From: an uncultured delta proteobacterium
GTDB taxonomy: Bacteria > Desulfobacterota > Binatia > UBA9968
DNA: 64,000 bases
NCBI GenBank assembly: GCA_963847445.1
Contig: CAWJZV010000015.1
Span: 224,001-288,000, forward strand
Direction: 5' to 3'
The first letter of the stretch is position 1; each line of letters starts with the position of its first letter. A program made the position numbers and the translations under genes. Of this stretch, positions 31,015 to 43,451 are shown piece by piece. The notes under the pieces were generated by a model, which had not been told where the DNA came from, searched no databases, and saw only the letters and a list, made by a program, of their open reading frames with translations.

Positions 31015-32079
31015 ATGGGATTGGCACGATTCACGATTGGGGTCGAGACGGCGGGCATGCGCTTGGATGTGTTCGTCGCGCGCCACTATGCCGCGCCGGC
31101 AGCAGCCGAGGCAATGAGCCGTGCCGGGGTACAGAAGCTTATCGATGTCGGTCAGGTGACCGTCAACGGTGCGCGCATGAAGTCCAGTGTCCGGGTGAAA
31201 TTGGCCGACCGTATCGAGATTCACATCCCGGCCGTGCGTGAGATCGGTTTGATCGCTGAGGATTTGCCTTTGACGATTCTCTATGAAGATCAAGATATTA
31301 TTGTAATTCACAAAGCCGCTGGCATGGTCGTTCACCCCGCGGCGGGGCGTACGAGTGGCACATTGGTCAACGCAATCTTGCACCATTGCCCGGCGATCGC
31401 GGGTATTGGCGGTGAGCGGCGGCCGGGGATCGTGCATCGTCTCGATAAGGACACGTCGGGTGTGATGGTGGTTGCCAAAAACGATTTGGCGATGCGCAGT
31501 TTGGTGGATCAATTCAAGGGCCGCACGGTGCGCAAAGAATATATTGCGCTGGTACATGGGCGCATGGCAGGGGAGCGGGGCGAGATTGACCGGGCCATCG
31601 GCCGCCATCGCAGCGATCGGAAACGGATGTCGAGTCTGCGCGTCCTCGGTAAGAGCCGTGAAGCTACGACTGAGTGGATCGTTGAGAGTCGATACGCCGT
31701 GCCGCTGGCGGACCGGGGGGTCGCTTGGTACTGTTTGATCCGTCTGTTTCCCCGCACCGGTCGCACGCATCAGATCCGCGTTCACCTCGCCGATCTTGGC
31801 CATCCTTTGGTTGGCGATCGAGTCTACGGTCGCCGTCGGACTGCGGCGCCACAAAATGAATTATTCGGCGCAGGCATCGACGGCTTCTTGCGCCACGCGC
31901 TGCACGCCGAGAAGTTGAGCTTCGATCATGTGCGCAGCGGCGAACGGCTGGAGTTTCGCGCGCCTCTAGCCGACGACCTAGTGAACTTGGTTCAATCGCT
32001 CGAAAACCACGCGGTATCCAGCGAATCGGTCCGGGTGAAATCTTCGCGGCCAACTGGGTTGACAAGATTCGGAGTTTAA
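31015..32079 (+). CDS. rluD: RluA-family pseudouridine synthase (RluD-like)
   Basis: S4 domain RLD, GMVVHPA, RPGIVHRLDKDTSG, TGRTHQIRVH, LHA. Confidence 0.9.
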   Translation: MGLARFTIGVETAGMRLDVFVARHYAAPAAAEAMSRAGVQKLIDVGQVTVNGARMKSSVRVKLADRIEIHIPAVREIGLIAEDLPLTILYEDQDIIVIHKAAGMVVHPAAGRTSGTLVNAILHHCPAIAGIGGERRPGIVHRLDKDTSGVMVVAKNDLAMRSLVDQFKGRTVRKEYIALVHGRMAGERGEIDRAIGRHRSDRKRMSSLRVLGKSREATTEWIVESRYAVPLADRGVAWYCLIRLFPRTGRTHQIRVHLADLGHPLVGDRVYGRRRTAAPQNELFGAGIDGFLRHALHAEKLSFDHVRSGERLEFRAPLADDLVNLVQSLENHAVSSESVRVKSSRPTGLTRFGV

Positions 32080-32087
32080 AATACTAT
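32059..32087 (+). promoter_or_regulatory. Sigma70 promoter of rho
   Basis: TTGACA-N17-TACTAT about 310 nt upstream of rho. Confidence 0.7.
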
Positions 32088-32398
32088 TATTTCACCGAGG
32101 ATCAGTTCAGCAACTCTTTTTGATCGTCCCCGCGCCATAAAAATATTCGTTCGCAGCTTATCGATCAGAGCTTATTTTGTTTTTCAAAAAAGAGATTCTT
32201 GTCTGCGTTTAGTAGTTTGTCCCACGGACGCACTTGCCTGTGCAGCTGCGTCCGGCGCCAGCGTTGACTCGTTGCCATTGAAGTTTCGTGCAGCCACTGG
32301 CGTCTTCGGTGCTTGAATTTCCCAGCAAGCGACTGTTTAGACCTGATTGCGTCAAAAGTGGATTACAGCTTTGAGTGTTGAAAGGAGAGGCATAGTGT

Positions 32399-33724
32399 AT
32401 GGTGCGTGGTAGAACTCGATCCGCCGAGCCGGAGACCGAAGAAGAAATCGTCAAAGAAGTTGTCAAAGATAATGGGTTGAATCTCAAAGCCCTCAAGGAA
32501 AAGAAGATCGGCGATCTTGCGCTGATCGGCAAAACTTTTAATATCGAGGGCGCCGCCAATATGCGCAAACAGGATCTGATTTTTGCGATCCTGCAGGCGC
32601 AGACCGAGCAAAACGGTCATGTCTACGGTGAGGGTGTGTTGGAAACCCTACCCGATGGTTTCGGCTTTCTGCGCGCCCCCGATTATAACTATCTGCCTGG
32701 ACCAGACGATATTTATGTTTCCCCCAGTCAGATTCGTCGCTTCAGTTTGCGCACCGGCGATATCATTTCCGGTCATATTCGACCGCCCAAGGAAGGCGAA
32801 CGTTATTTCGCCTTACTCAAGGTCGAAACGATCAATTATGAAGACCCTGAACGCGCCCGGGAAAAAATTCTTTTCGACAACCTGACGCCGCTTTATCCCA
32901 ACGAGCGTTTGTGTTTAGAAAATCAGCCTACCGACTACACTACCCGAATCGTCGATTTGTTGGTGCCTATCGGTAAGGGGCAACGTGGTTTAATCGTGGC
33001 CGCGCCGCGCACCGGCAAAACCATGATGTTGCAGCATATCGCCAAAGCGATAGCGCATAATCATCCAGAGGTGGTGTTGATCGTCCTGTTGATCGACGAG
33101 CGGCCGGAAGAGGTCACCGACATGCAGCGCTCCGTCAATGGCGAGGTGATCAGCTCGACCTTCGACGAGCCGGCGACGCGCCATGTGCAAGTGGCTGAGA
33201 TGGTGATCGAGAAAGCCAAGCGCTTGGTTGAGCATGGCAAAGACGTGGTGATCTTGCTCGATAGTATCACTCGCTTGGCGCGTGCCTATAACACCGTCGT
33301 GCCGCCAAGTGGGAAGATCCTCTCCGGTGGTGTCGACTCGAATGCGCTGCATAAACCCAAGAAATTCTTCGGTGCCGCCCGTAATATCGAAGACGGTGGC
33401 AGTTTAACCATCATCGCCACGGCCTTGATCGATACGGGTAGCCGCATGGATGAAGTGATCTTTGAAGAATTCAAAGGCACCGGCAACATGGAAGTCCATT
33501 TGGACCGGCGCTTGATGGATAAGCGGGTGTTCCCGGCCATCGATATCAATAAGTCGGGAACTCGCAAAGAAGAATTGCTGATTCCGCGAGAAGATCTCAA
33601 TCGTATTTGGATACTGCGCAAAGTCTTGTCGCAGTTGAGCGTCGTCGAATCGATGGAATTCCTGCTCGATAAGATGCATGGCAGCAAGACTAACAAAGAT
33701 TTTCTCGATTCGATGAATCAATAA
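32399..33724 (+). CDS. rho: Transcription termination factor Rho
   Basis: [41 protein letters not shown]. Confidence 0.98.
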   Translation: MVRGRTRSAEPETEEEIVKEVVKDNGLNLKALKEKKIGDLALIGKTFNIEGAANMRKQDLIFAILQAQTEQNGHVYGEGVLETLPDGFGFLRAPDYNYLPGPDDIYVSPSQIRRFSLRTGDIISGHIRPPKEGERYFALLKVETINYEDPERAREKILFDNLTPLYPNERLCLENQPTDYTTRIVDLLVPIGKGQRGLIVAAPRTGKTMMLQHIAKAIAHNHPEVVLIVLLIDERPEEVTDMQRSVNGEVISSTFDEPATRHVQVAEMVIEKAKRLVEHGKDVVILLDSITRLARAYNTVVPPSGKILSGGVDSNALHKPKKFFGAARNIEDGGSLTIIATALIDTGSRMDEVIFEEFKGTGNMEVHLDRRLMDKRVFPAIDINKSGTRKEELLIPREDLNRIWILRKVLSQLSVVESMEFLLDKMHGSKTNKDFLDSMNQ

Positions 33725-33864
33725 TAGCGATCGCGCCGGTCGTCAAACTTGCGTCATTGGGCGTTCTCTGTTAAAACCCGGAGCATTGCGTCATTTGTGT
33801 CGTCCTTAGGATCTTGAGCGCTTGCCCGCCTGGAAACGTTCTCGATCCGAAGGTTTTATCAATT

Positions 33865-33946
33865 CACTACACACCCTTGCCGATCGTTATCGCGGTGCCT
33901 AAGAACTAGGTGCGGTGGCGAAAAGACGCGAGGGGAGGGAAAACCA
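33865..33946 (+). ncRNA. rpsB 5' leader (t44-like S2 autoregulatory RNA)
   Basis: ACACAC...GGTGC...GAGGGAAAACC layout directly upstream of rpsB. Confidence 0.6.
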
Positions 33947-33958
33947 CGGGAGAGCAGT

Positions 33959-34735
33959 ATGGCAGAGATTACAATGAAACAGTTGCTGGAGGCCGGTGTC
34001 CATTTTGGCCACCAGACCAGCCGGTGGAACCCGAAGATGAAACCTTACATCTTCGGTGCGCGCAATGGCATTCACATCATCGATCTGCAGCAGACGGTGT
34101 CGATGTTCAAGGATCTCGAAGCGGTGGTGCGCGACCTGGCGGCTTCCGGCGGCCATGTGCTGTTTGTCGGCACTAAGAAACAAGCCCAGGATGCGATCCG
34201 CGAAGAAGCGACCCGCTGCGGCATGTACTATGTCCACAACCGCTGGCTCGGCGGTACGCTGACCAACTTTACGACGATTCGCCAGAGCATCGAACGATTG
34301 CGTAAGATCGAAGAGATGGAGAATGATCCTAAGGTCGTCGATGCGCTAACCAAGAAAGAAATGCTCGGTCTCAGCCGTGAAAAAGACAAGCTGGAGCAGT
34401 CGCTGGGTGGGATCAAGGCGATGAAGAAACTGCCCGACGCAATTTTTGTCATCGATCCAAAACAAGAAGAAATCGCCGTCAAAGAAGCACGTAAGCTCGG
34501 TGTTCCAGTGATCGCGGTGATCGACAGTAATTGCGATCCAGATATGATCGATTACAAGGTGCCCGGCAATGACGACGCGATCCGGGCGATTCGATTGTTC
34601 TGCTCGGCGATCGCCGAGGCGGTGATCGAAGGGCGAACGATGTACGAGCAATCCTTAGTAAAGGACAAGGTCGATGACCGGCAGGGTAGCGATGGCGCCG
34701 CGGCGACGATGGAAAGCGCGGTCGGAGGAGTTTAG
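33959..34735 (+). CDS. rpsB: 30S ribosomal protein S2
   Basis: [36 protein letters not shown]. Confidence 0.98.
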   Translation: MAEITMKQLLEAGVHFGHQTSRWNPKMKPYIFGARNGIHIIDLQQTVSMFKDLEAVVRDLAASGGHVLFVGTKKQAQDAIREEATRCGMYYVHNRWLGGTLTNFTTIRQSIERLRKIEEMENDPKVVDALTKKEMLGLSREKDKLEQSLGGIKAMKKLPDAIFVIDPKQEEIAVKEARKLGVPVIAVIDSNCDPDMIDYKVPGNDDAIRAIRLFCSAIAEAVIEGRTMYEQSLVKDKVDDRQGSDGAAATMESAVGGV

Positions 34736-34740
34736 GCGAC

Positions 34741-35349
34741 ATGGAAGTGACAGCGAGTTTAGTCAAAGAGCTTCGGGAAAAAACCGGAGCCGGTATGATG
34801 GATTGTAAAAAAGCTCTTGCCGAGACCGCTGGAGATTTGTCAAAGGCGGTCGATTATTTGCGTCAAAAGGGGTTGGCCGCGGCGGCAAAGAAAGCCGATC
34901 GCGTGGCTACGGATGGCGCCATCGGCGCTTATGTCCATGCCGGCGGCAAGCTTGGCGTCTTGGTCGAAATCAATTGCGAGACCGATTTCGTCGCCCGCAC
35001 CGCGGAGTTCCAAAGTTTGCTGAAGGATGTCGCCATGCAAGTCGCGGCGACCAATCCGCGATGCGTGCGCCGTGAGGAAGTCTCAGCCGACGAATTCGAG
35101 CGCGAAAAGGTTATCTATCGCCAACAAGCGCTGGAGTCGGGCAAGCCGGAAAAAGTCATCGAGATGATTGTCCAGGGCAAGATGGAGAAGTTTTACTCTG
35201 AAGTCTGCTTGCTGGAACAGTCGTTTGTTAAAGATCCCGATAAGAAAGTCATTGATGTCGTCAACGATGCGATCGCGCGATTGGGAGAGAATATTCAGGT
35301 GCGCCGCTTTGCCCGCTATCACCTTGGCGAAGGGGTGGCGAAGGGCTAG
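34741..35349 (+). CDS. tsf: Elongation factor Ts (short type)
   Basis: [27 protein letters not shown]. Confidence 0.98.
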   Translation: MEVTASLVKELREKTGAGMMDCKKALAETAGDLSKAVDYLRQKGLAAAAKKADRVATDGAIGAYVHAGGKLGVLVEINCETDFVARTAEFQSLLKDVAMQVAATNPRCVRREEVSADEFEREKVIYRQQALESGKPEKVIEMIVQGKMEKFYSEVCLLEQSFVKDPDKKVIDVVNDAIARLGENIQVRRFARYHLGEGVAKG

Positions 35350-35356
35350 CGCTTAG

Positions 35357-36654
<1,298 letters not shown>

Positions 36655-36758
36655 CCCTACATCGCAATATTGCCTTGCCTTCCCTGTGCCCTATCCAACG
36701 TCACCCTCTCGACGATATTTTCTCATTTACCGATGAACGCTTATCTAGGCAGGCTGTC

Positions 36759-37538
36759 GTGGAGTTAGACGGTGTCGATAAGAGTCGTTTGCCGCAACAT
36801 GTCGCCATCATCATGGACGGCAATGGGCGCTGGGCAACCCAACGGCATAAGCATCGCATTGAAGGCCATCGGCGCGGTAAAACCTCGGTGCGCGTCATCG
36901 TCGAGATGAGCCGAAAGATCGGCATCCGTTACCTTTCCCTCTACGCTTTTTCCACCGAAAATTGGTTGCGTCCCGATGACGAGGTCGAGGCCCTGATGGG
37001 GTTGTTGGAACATTATCTCGTAGCGGAGCAGGCCAAGATGATGCGTTATGGAATTCGCCTGCTCACTGTGGGCGACCGCAGCCGGCTGCCCGCTGGCGTG
37101 CGGCGCACCCTGGAGAGCGTCCTTGCAACCACGGCAAACAACCAGCGCATGACCGTCGTCCTGGCACTCAGTTATAGCGGCCGCGATGACATCGTGCGTA
37201 TGGCCAGAAACTTGGCGCAGCAGGTGAAAACCGGCCAGTGTCAGCCGGAGGCCGTCGATGAGCAGTGGATTTCCTCCCAGCTCGACACCGCGGGGGTGCC
37301 CGATCCCGATCTCTTGATTCGCACTAGCGGCGAGATGCGTATCAGCAATTTTTATCTCTGGCAGATCGCTTACAGCGAGCTTTATATCACGCCGACACTG
37401 TGGCCGGATTTTCGTGAAAAGGAATATCTCCAAGCGCTGCTCGATTATCAACGGCGGCGCCGCCGTTTTGGCCGTACCGACGAACAACTGGCGCAAAACC
37501 CGATGGCCGCGATGGGGGCGGGTGGACCGAAATCTTAA
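36759..37538 (+). CDS. uppS: Isoprenyl transferase (undecaprenyl diphosphate synthase); start uncertain
   Basis: HVAIIMDGNGRWA, YAFSTENW, DLLIRTSGE.RISNF.LWQ. Confidence 0.96.
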   Translation: MELDGVDKSRLPQHVAIIMDGNGRWATQRHKHRIEGHRRGKTSVRVIVEMSRKIGIRYLSLYAFSTENWLRPDDEVEALMGLLEHYLVAEQAKMMRYGIRLLTVGDRSRLPAGVRRTLESVLATTANNQRMTVVLALSYSGRDDIVRMARNLAQQVKTGQCQPEAVDEQWISSQLDTAGVPDPDLLIRTSGEMRISNFYLWQIAYSELYITPTLWPDFREKEYLQALLDYQRRRRRFGRTDEQLAQNPMAAMGAGGPKS

Positions 37539-38328
37539 AGCGCGGTTTGCCACTGCCGCTGTCGGGCTGCCGCTTTTGGGCTGGTTGGTTGGCTGGGGTG
37601 CGCCATGGCTTTTCTCGCTAACCTTTTTTGTGCTCACCGTTGCAGCGTTGCAAGAATACTTCGCGATGATCTGGCCCGGCGATCCTGGGCTGCAGTGGCG
37701 CGGCATTCTGTTCGGTAGCGCCGTCGGTCTGACCGTCATGCTAATTCCCACGACTGCTTCGGCTCTCTGTCTAAGTGTGCTCTTGCTGCTATTGTTCGCC
37801 AGCACGTTATGGTCCGGCGGCTCGCTTGCGGAGCGCTTCAACCGGCTTGGTTGGACGTTGTTGGGTGGATTATACATCGGTTTTTTAGTGCCGCATTTGG
37901 CGCTGCTATTTCAGCTCAAAGATGGCCGTGGCTGGGTGGCTTTTGTCTTCGTTGTCATTATGGCCGGAGATTCCTCGGCTTATTTCATCGGCAAACATTT
38001 CGGCAAGCGGAAGCTGGCGCCGGAGTTGAGTCCGAGTAAAACCGTCGAAGGCGCGATCGCCTATCTGATCGGTAGCGTTGTCATTGGCGTGCTTGCCATG
38101 ACGGTATTATCGTTACCAGTGGGAATGTTCGAAATTGTCTTGCTCTCGCTAGTCCTCAGTGTCCTCGGCCAGATCGGCGATCTTTTTGAGTCTTTGATCA
38201 AGCGCGCGTTCGCCGTCAAGGACTCCGGTGAGCTATTGCCGGGCCATGGCGGAGTTTTGGATCGTCTCGATAGTTTGATTTTTCCGGTAGTCTTCGCGAC
38301 ATTCTATTTAAAGGTGATTCATCCATGA
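37522..38328 (+). CDS. cdsA: Phosphatidate cytidylyltransferase
   Basis: SPSKTVEG, GDLFESLIKR, KDSG.LLPGHGGVLDRLDS. Confidence 0.96.
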   Translation: MDRNLKARFATAAVGLPLLGWLVGWGAPWLFSLTFFVLTVAALQEYFAMIWPGDPGLQWRGILFGSAVGLTVMLIPTTASALCLSVLLLLLFASTLWSGGSLAERFNRLGWTLLGGLYIGFLVPHLALLFQLKDGRGWVAFVFVVIMAGDSSAYFIGKHFGKRKLAPELSPSKTVEGAIAYLIGSVVIGVLAMTVLSLPVGMFEIVLLSLVLSVLGQIGDLFESLIKRAFAVKDSGELLPGHGGVLDRLDSLIFPVVFATFYLKVIHP

Positions 38329-39473
38329 GAACAATCGCGCTGCTGGGTTCCACCGGTTCGATCGGTGTTAGCACTTTGGCGCTGGTCCGCGAATTTCCCG
38401 AACGCTTCGAAATCCACGGCATGGTGGCAGGCCGCAATGTGGCGCTGCTGGCCCGGCAAATAAAAGAATTTTCCCCGGCGGTGGTGGCCATTGAGCGCGC
38501 GGAAGATATCGCGTCACTGAGCAAATTAGTAGGCAAACATAAAGTCGAAATCTTATCTGGCCAGGCCGGGGCCAGCGCCGTGGCCACCGCCGCTAAAGTC
38601 GATGTCGTGTTGGCGGCGATCGTTGGCGGCGCCGGCTTGATGCCGACGCTACAGGGAGTTTTAGCTGGCAAAGAAATCGCCCTGGCCAACAAAGAAGCGT
38701 TGGTCATGGCCGGCGAGTTGTTCGTCAAGGCGGCCAAGAAAACGGGCGTGCGGCTCTTGCCGGTGGATAGCGAGCACAGCGCGATCTTTCAGTGCCTGCA
38801 AGGCAACCAGCGCGGCGACGTCGACAAGCTCATCTTGACCGCGTCGGGCGGGCCGTTCCTGCACACGCCGCTCAATCGCCTGGCCAAAGTCTCGATAAAT
38901 CAGGCGCTCAAGCATCCCAATTGGAAAATGGGCCGGAAAATCACCATCGATTCGGCGACGATGATGAACAAAGGGCTGGAAGTCGTCGAGGCACGCTGGG
39001 AATTCGACATGGAGCCCGGCGGTATCCAAGTGGTGATCCATCCGCAGAGCGTGGTCCATTCGATGGTGCGTTATCAGGACGGCGCGATTATGGCGCAACT
39101 GGGCATTGCCGACATGCGCATACCGATCGCTTACGCGTTGGCCTATCCGCACCGTCTCAAGGGCAGTTGGGAGCCACTCGATTTGACCGAGCACGGCGAG
39201 CTCAACTTCCTCCCGGTGGAGAAAAAGCGCTTTCCCGCTCTCGCATTGGCCTACGGTGCGTTACGCGAGGGCGGCACCATGCCCACCGTGCTTAATGCCG
39301 CGAACGAAGTGGCGGTGGCGGCTTTTTTAGCGGGTAGGATAGGATTTCGCGAAATTCATCGTATAATTGAGCGAACCATGCAGCGCCATCAAACTACGCA
39401 TGCCAAGAACGTCGAAGACGTCATCGACGTCGACCGCTGGGCGCGCGAGGTCGCATCGGCCTACGTCGATTAA
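38325..39473 (+). CDS. dxr: 1-deoxy-D-xylulose-5-phosphate reductoisomerase
   Basis: LGSTGSIG, LANKE, PVDSEHSAI, HPNW.MG.KITIDSATMMNKGLE. Confidence 0.98.
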   Translation: MRTIALLGSTGSIGVSTLALVREFPERFEIHGMVAGRNVALLARQIKEFSPAVVAIERAEDIASLSKLVGKHKVEILSGQAGASAVATAAKVDVVLAAIVGGAGLMPTLQGVLAGKEIALANKEALVMAGELFVKAAKKTGVRLLPVDSEHSAIFQCLQGNQRGDVDKLILTASGGPFLHTPLNRLAKVSINQALKHPNWKMGRKITIDSATMMNKGLEVVEARWEFDMEPGGIQVVIHPQSVVHSMVRYQDGAIMAQLGIADMRIPIAYALAYPHRLKGSWEPLDLTEHGELNFLPVEKKRFPALALAYGALREGGTMPTVLNAANEVAVAAFLAGRIGFREIHRIIERTMQRHQTTHAKNVEDVIDVDRWAREVASAYVD

Positions 39474-39499
39474 TCGAGTCTAGCTAAAGGAGTATCGCG

Positions 39500-40582
39500 A
39501 TGGAAAGTGTTCTTTATTCAATCGTTTCAGCGGTCGTCGGTTTGGGCTTATTGATCGTATTTCACGAGTTCGGCCATTTCCTAATCGCCAAGTTATCCGG
39601 TGTCGGCGTGCTGACCTTTTCCGTCGGCTTCGGTCCCAAGCTTTTGGTCCGCAAGAAAGGCGAGACCGAGTACGCCTTGAGCGCGTTTCCCTTGGGCGGC
39701 TACGTCAAGATGATCGGTGAAGACCCGGACGAAGAGGTCTCCCAAGCCGACCGGGAAAGATCCTTCGCGCACAAGAGTCTATTTAAACGTTGCGCCATCG
39801 TCTTTGCCGGTCCGGGATTTAATTTGATGTTGGCGGTGTTGCTGCTCATGCTGGTGTTTGTTTTTTACGGCGTGCCGGTAATGTCGACGCTGGTGAGTGG
39901 GGTGGAGAAGGGGTCGCCAGCGGAACAGGCCGGTGTCGCCAAAGGCGATCGGATCGTCGCCATAGACGGTAAAGCGGTGGCGGAGTGGGAAGAGTTATCG
40001 CAAACCATCAAAGGCAGCCAGGGCAAAGCTATTAATCTAGAAATCCGCCGTGGCAGCGAAACGGTCAAGGTCGCGGTGCAGCCGACAAAAAAAGAGGGCC
40101 GCAGCATTTTTGGCGAGCGCAAAGACGACTGGATGATCGGTATCGGCAGTCAGGGCACCATCGAAAAAGGCAAGCCGGGGCTCGCTATCGGCAAAGCTTT
40201 TACGCAAACCTGGGACTACATCAAGATTACGCTCCTGGCTTTTTATAAAATGATCACGGGCGATGTCTCGCCCAAGAATATCGGTGGTCCGATTCTGATC
40301 GCCCAGATGGCCGGACAGCAGGCCCAAGAGGGGGTTGGCAACTTTCTCCATTTTCTCGCCGTGCTGAGCATCAATTTGGGTGTGCTTAATCTCTTGCCAG
40401 TGCCGGTGCTCGATGGCGGTCACCTGTTATTTTTTCTGGTCGAGGCGGTGATCCGCAAACCGGTCTCGGTGCGTGTGCGGGAAATGGCCCAACAGGTAGG
40501 TATCTGTCTGTTGGCCTTATTGATGGTCTACGCCTTTTACAACGACATCGTGCGTTTTTTCGAGAAGCAGGTCGGTGGATGA
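39500..40582 (+). CDS. rseP: RIP metalloprotease RseP
   Basis: HEFGH, FSVGFG, PDZ domain, NLLPVPVLDGG. Confidence 0.96.
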   Translation: MESVLYSIVSAVVGLGLLIVFHEFGHFLIAKLSGVGVLTFSVGFGPKLLVRKKGETEYALSAFPLGGYVKMIGEDPDEEVSQADRERSFAHKSLFKRCAIVFAGPGFNLMLAVLLLMLVFVFYGVPVMSTLVSGVEKGSPAEQAGVAKGDRIVAIDGKAVAEWEELSQTIKGSQGKAINLEIRRGSETVKVAVQPTKKEGRSIFGERKDDWMIGIGSQGTIEKGKPGLAIGKAFTQTWDYIKITLLAFYKMITGDVSPKNIGGPILIAQMAGQQAQEGVGNFLHFLAVLSINLGVLNLLPVPVLDGGHLLFFLVEAVIRKPVSVRVREMAQQVGICLLALLMVYAFYNDIVRFFEKQVGG

Positions 40583-41325
40583 GGATACTTGGCGTTGACA
40601 CCTCGACAACCACCGCCAGTGTTGCATTAATCGCCGACGACCTACTGATCGCCGAAGCCGGTGATGGGCGCGAAACTTCCATCGGCTTAACCCGTGCTCG
40701 GGGCAGTCACTCAGAGACCATTTTGCCGCTAATCCAAGCGGTGCTCGACAAAAGCGAGTGCCGGCTTGCTGATCTCACGGCTATTGCCATAGCCATCGGT
40801 CCCGGTTCGTTTACCGGATTGCGCGTCGGTCTCGCTGTCGTCAAAGGGTTGGCCTACGACGGCAACTTGCCGGTCATTGGGGTGTCGAGCCTTGAGGCGC
40901 AAGCCGCGCGTGTGCAAGATTTGGCCGGGCCTATCTGTCCGTTGCTCGACGCGCGCAAGCAAGAAGTCTACGCTGCCTTATTCGATCGGCGCGATGGCAT
41001 CCTGCTGCGCCGGATGGCCGATCGGGCGTGTGCCATTACTACCCTCGCAAGCCTGTTCGATCCAGCACCTTCAGCGCCGCAAATAGCTTTTGTTGGCGCC
41101 GGTGCCGAACGTTATCGCGAGGAGTTACTGCGCATGTGCGACGGGCGGGCGCGGTTCGTCGGCGAAGCTGGAGCCGTGAGTGCAGCCCACGCGGTGGCGC
41201 GCTTGGCAATTGAGCGGTTTGCCGATGCTCCCGGGGGTGATTTAGGTCAGCTGGCGCCGTTCTATTTAGGTGCTCCTCTGGGCCTCGGAAATACTCGGGA
41301 AATTGTCCCTAACTCGTTGAAATAA
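40579..41325 (+). CDS. tsaB: tRNA threonylcarbamoyladenosine biosynthesis protein TsaB
   Basis: ILGVDTST, GPGSFTGLRVG, DARK.EVY. Confidence 0.93.
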   Translation: MRILGVDTSTTTASVALIADDLLIAEAGDGRETSIGLTRARGSHSETILPLIQAVLDKSECRLADLTAIAIAIGPGSFTGLRVGLAVVKGLAYDGNLPVIGVSSLEAQAARVQDLAGPICPLLDARKQEVYAALFDRRDGILLRRMADRACAITTLASLFDPAPSAPQIAFVGAGAERYREELLRMCDGRARFVGEAGAVSAAHAVARLAIERFADAPGGDLGQLAPFYLGAPLGLGNTREIVPNSLK

Positions 41326-41341
41326 TAAAGAGAAAGCCGCG

Positions 41342-41370
41342 TTGACAATCCACTGACCGTAAGTTAGATT
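41342..41370 (+). promoter_or_regulatory. Sigma70 promoter for DUF465-ilvBN
   Basis: TTGACA-N17-TAGATT. Confidence 0.6.
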
Positions 41371-41412
41371 GAGCCCGCTCAGAATTAAGATTTCCCAAAG
41401 GAGGTCGCTGTT

Positions 41413-41631
41413 ATGGAAATTACTGAAGAATCGGTGATCGTCTCCCTGCTGGATAAGGATCCAGAGCTGAAGAAATACTACGATGAGCATCTAGCCCTCG
41501 AGAAACAACTTGCCGCATTTCAACATAAAGGGCATCTGTCGGCGGATGAAGAAATTGAAATGAAACGTATCCAAAAACTTAAACTCAACGGCAAAGACAA
41601 GATGATGGAGCTGCTCGCCAAGCACCGTTAG
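41413..41631 (+). CDS. DUF465/YdcH-family small coiled-coil protein
   Basis: GGAGG RBS; EH..LE..L......HLS..EE....IQKLKL..KD pattern. Confidence 0.75.
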   Translation: MEITEESVIVSLLDKDPELKKYYDEHLALEKQLAAFQHKGHLSADEEIEMKRIQKLKLNGKDKMMELLAKHR

Positions 41632-41657
41632 TTCGGTCGCCGGAGCTAAAGAATCTT

Positions 41658-43439
41658 ATGAAAATTACCGGAGCAGAAATTTTTTGCGAATCGTTGCGCC
41701 GCGAAGGGGTGAAAACCATTTTCGGTTTGCCCGGCGGCGTCGTCCTGAAAATTTTCGATGTCTTGTGCCAGCGCAAAGATCTGCAGTTGATCTTGACTCG
41801 CCATGAGCAGGGCGCGGCCCATATGGCCGAGGGTTACGCCAAGGCGACCGGCAAGGCTGGCGTGGTGCTGGTGACCTCCGGACCGGGCATGACGAATATT
41901 GTCACCGGCTTGGCCGACGCGCACATGGACTCAGTGCCGTTGGTCGCGTTTACCGGGCAAGTTTCCACCGATTTGATCGGCAACGATGCGTTTCAAGAAG
42001 CCGATAATGTCGGTATCAGCCGCCCCTGCACCAAGCATAACGTGTTAGTGAAAGACGTGAACGATCTCGCTCAAGCGGTCAAGGAAGCGTTTTACATCGC
42101 GACTAGCGGCAGACCGGGGCCGGTTTTGGTCGATATCCCCAAAGATGTCAGCATCGCCAAGGCCGAATTCAAATATCCTGACAAGATTAATTTGCGCGGC
42201 TATCGCCCGTTCACCGGCGGCGATAAATCGCAGATCAAGCAAGCGGCTGAAGCGATCATGACGGCGAAGAGGGCGATCATCTACGTCGGCGGCGGTGCGG
42301 TGTTTGGCGATGCTGCCGACGAAGTGCGCGAGCTCGCTGAGATCACGCAAATTCCTGTGACCATGACGTTGATGGGGCTCGGGACCTTCCCTGGAACCCA
42401 CGAGCTATCCTTGGGAATGTTGGGAATGCATGGTGGCTACTGGAGCAACATGGCGATGCACCAAGCCGACTTATTGATCGCTGTGGGCGCGCGGTTCGAC
42501 GATCGCGTCACCGGCAAACTCTCAGAGTTTTGCCCCGAGGCACGGGTGATTCATATCGATATCGATCCGACGTCGATACGTAAGACGTTTCACGCCCATA
42601 TTCCGATCGTCGGTGATGTCAAATCGGTGCTGCGCCAGCTGAACGTTGTGTTGCGTTCGTTGGACGGCAACCCGACGGCGATGAAAGCGCGGCGCGCGCC
42701 ATGGCTCAAGCAGATCAACGCTTGGAAGAAAGAGCATCCGCTGGTTTACAAGCAAGACGACAAGATCATCAAGCCACAGTATGTCGTCGAGAAGCTCTAC
42801 GAGTTGACCAAGCATGAAGCCATCGTCGCCACCGATGTCGGCCAGCACCAGATGTTCGCGGCACAGTATTTCAAGGGGAAGAAGCCGCGCACCTGGCTTA
42901 CCTCCGGCGGTTTGGGCACCATGGGTTTTGGTTTCCCCGCCGCCATCGGCGCCCAGGTGGCGTATCCCAACCGGCAGGTGGTTTGTATCACCAGCGAAGG
43001 TAGTTTTCAGATGAATCTGCAGGAGCTGGTGGTGGCGGCCGAGCATAACCTGCCGGTGAAGATCGTCTTGCTCAACAATGGCGTGCACGGCATGGTGCGC
43101 CAGTGGCAGGATCTATTTTACGAGAGCCGCTATTCGGCGAGCTTGCTGGGAAATAAGCCGGACTTCGTGAAGCTTGCCGATGCCTATGGCATTAAAGGCT
43201 TGCGCGCACTGAAGCCTGGCGAAGTCGAAGGAGTGCTCAAAGAAGGGTTAAAGCACAAGGGACCGGTGCTGATGGATATTCACACTGACCCGTTTGAGAA
43301 TTGCTATCCAATGATTCCCGCCGGCGGGGCGCAGCATGAAATGATGCTCGAAGATCCGCCGGAACTGAGACAGTCGCGTAAGGGTGGCGCAGTACATAAG
43401 AGAAAGGTGGATGAAGGCGAGGGTGTTCTTCCTGCCTGA
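41658..43439 (+). CDS. ilvB: Acetolactate synthase large subunit
   Basis: RHEQGA.HMA.GYA, TSGPG, GRPGPVLVD.PKD, DVGQHQM, SGGLGTMG, GMVRQWQ. Confidence 0.97.
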   Translation: MKITGAEIFCESLRREGVKTIFGLPGGVVLKIFDVLCQRKDLQLILTRHEQGAAHMAEGYAKATGKAGVVLVTSGPGMTNIVTGLADAHMDSVPLVAFTGQVSTDLIGNDAFQEADNVGISRPCTKHNVLVKDVNDLAQAVKEAFYIATSGRPGPVLVDIPKDVSIAKAEFKYPDKINLRGYRPFTGGDKSQIKQAAEAIMTAKRAIIYVGGGAVFGDAADEVRELAEITQIPVTMTLMGLGTFPGTHELSLGMLGMHGGYWSNMAMHQADLLIAVGARFDDRVTGKLSEFCPEARVIHIDIDPTSIRKTFHAHIPIVGDVKSVLRQLNVVLRSLDGNPTAMKARRAPWLKQINAWKKEHPLVYKQDDKIIKPQYVVEKLYELTKHEAIVATDVGQHQMFAAQYFKGKKPRTWLTSGGLGTMGFGFPAAIGAQVAYPNRQVVCITSEGSFQMNLQELVVAAEHNLPVKIVLLNNGVHGMVRQWQDLFYESRYSASLLGNKPDFVKLADAYGIKGLRALKPGEVEGVLKEGLKHKGPVLMDIHTDPFENCYPMIPAGGAQHEMMLEDPPELRQSRKGGAVHKRKVDEGEGVLPA

Positions 43440-43451
43440 TATAGTTAGCGA

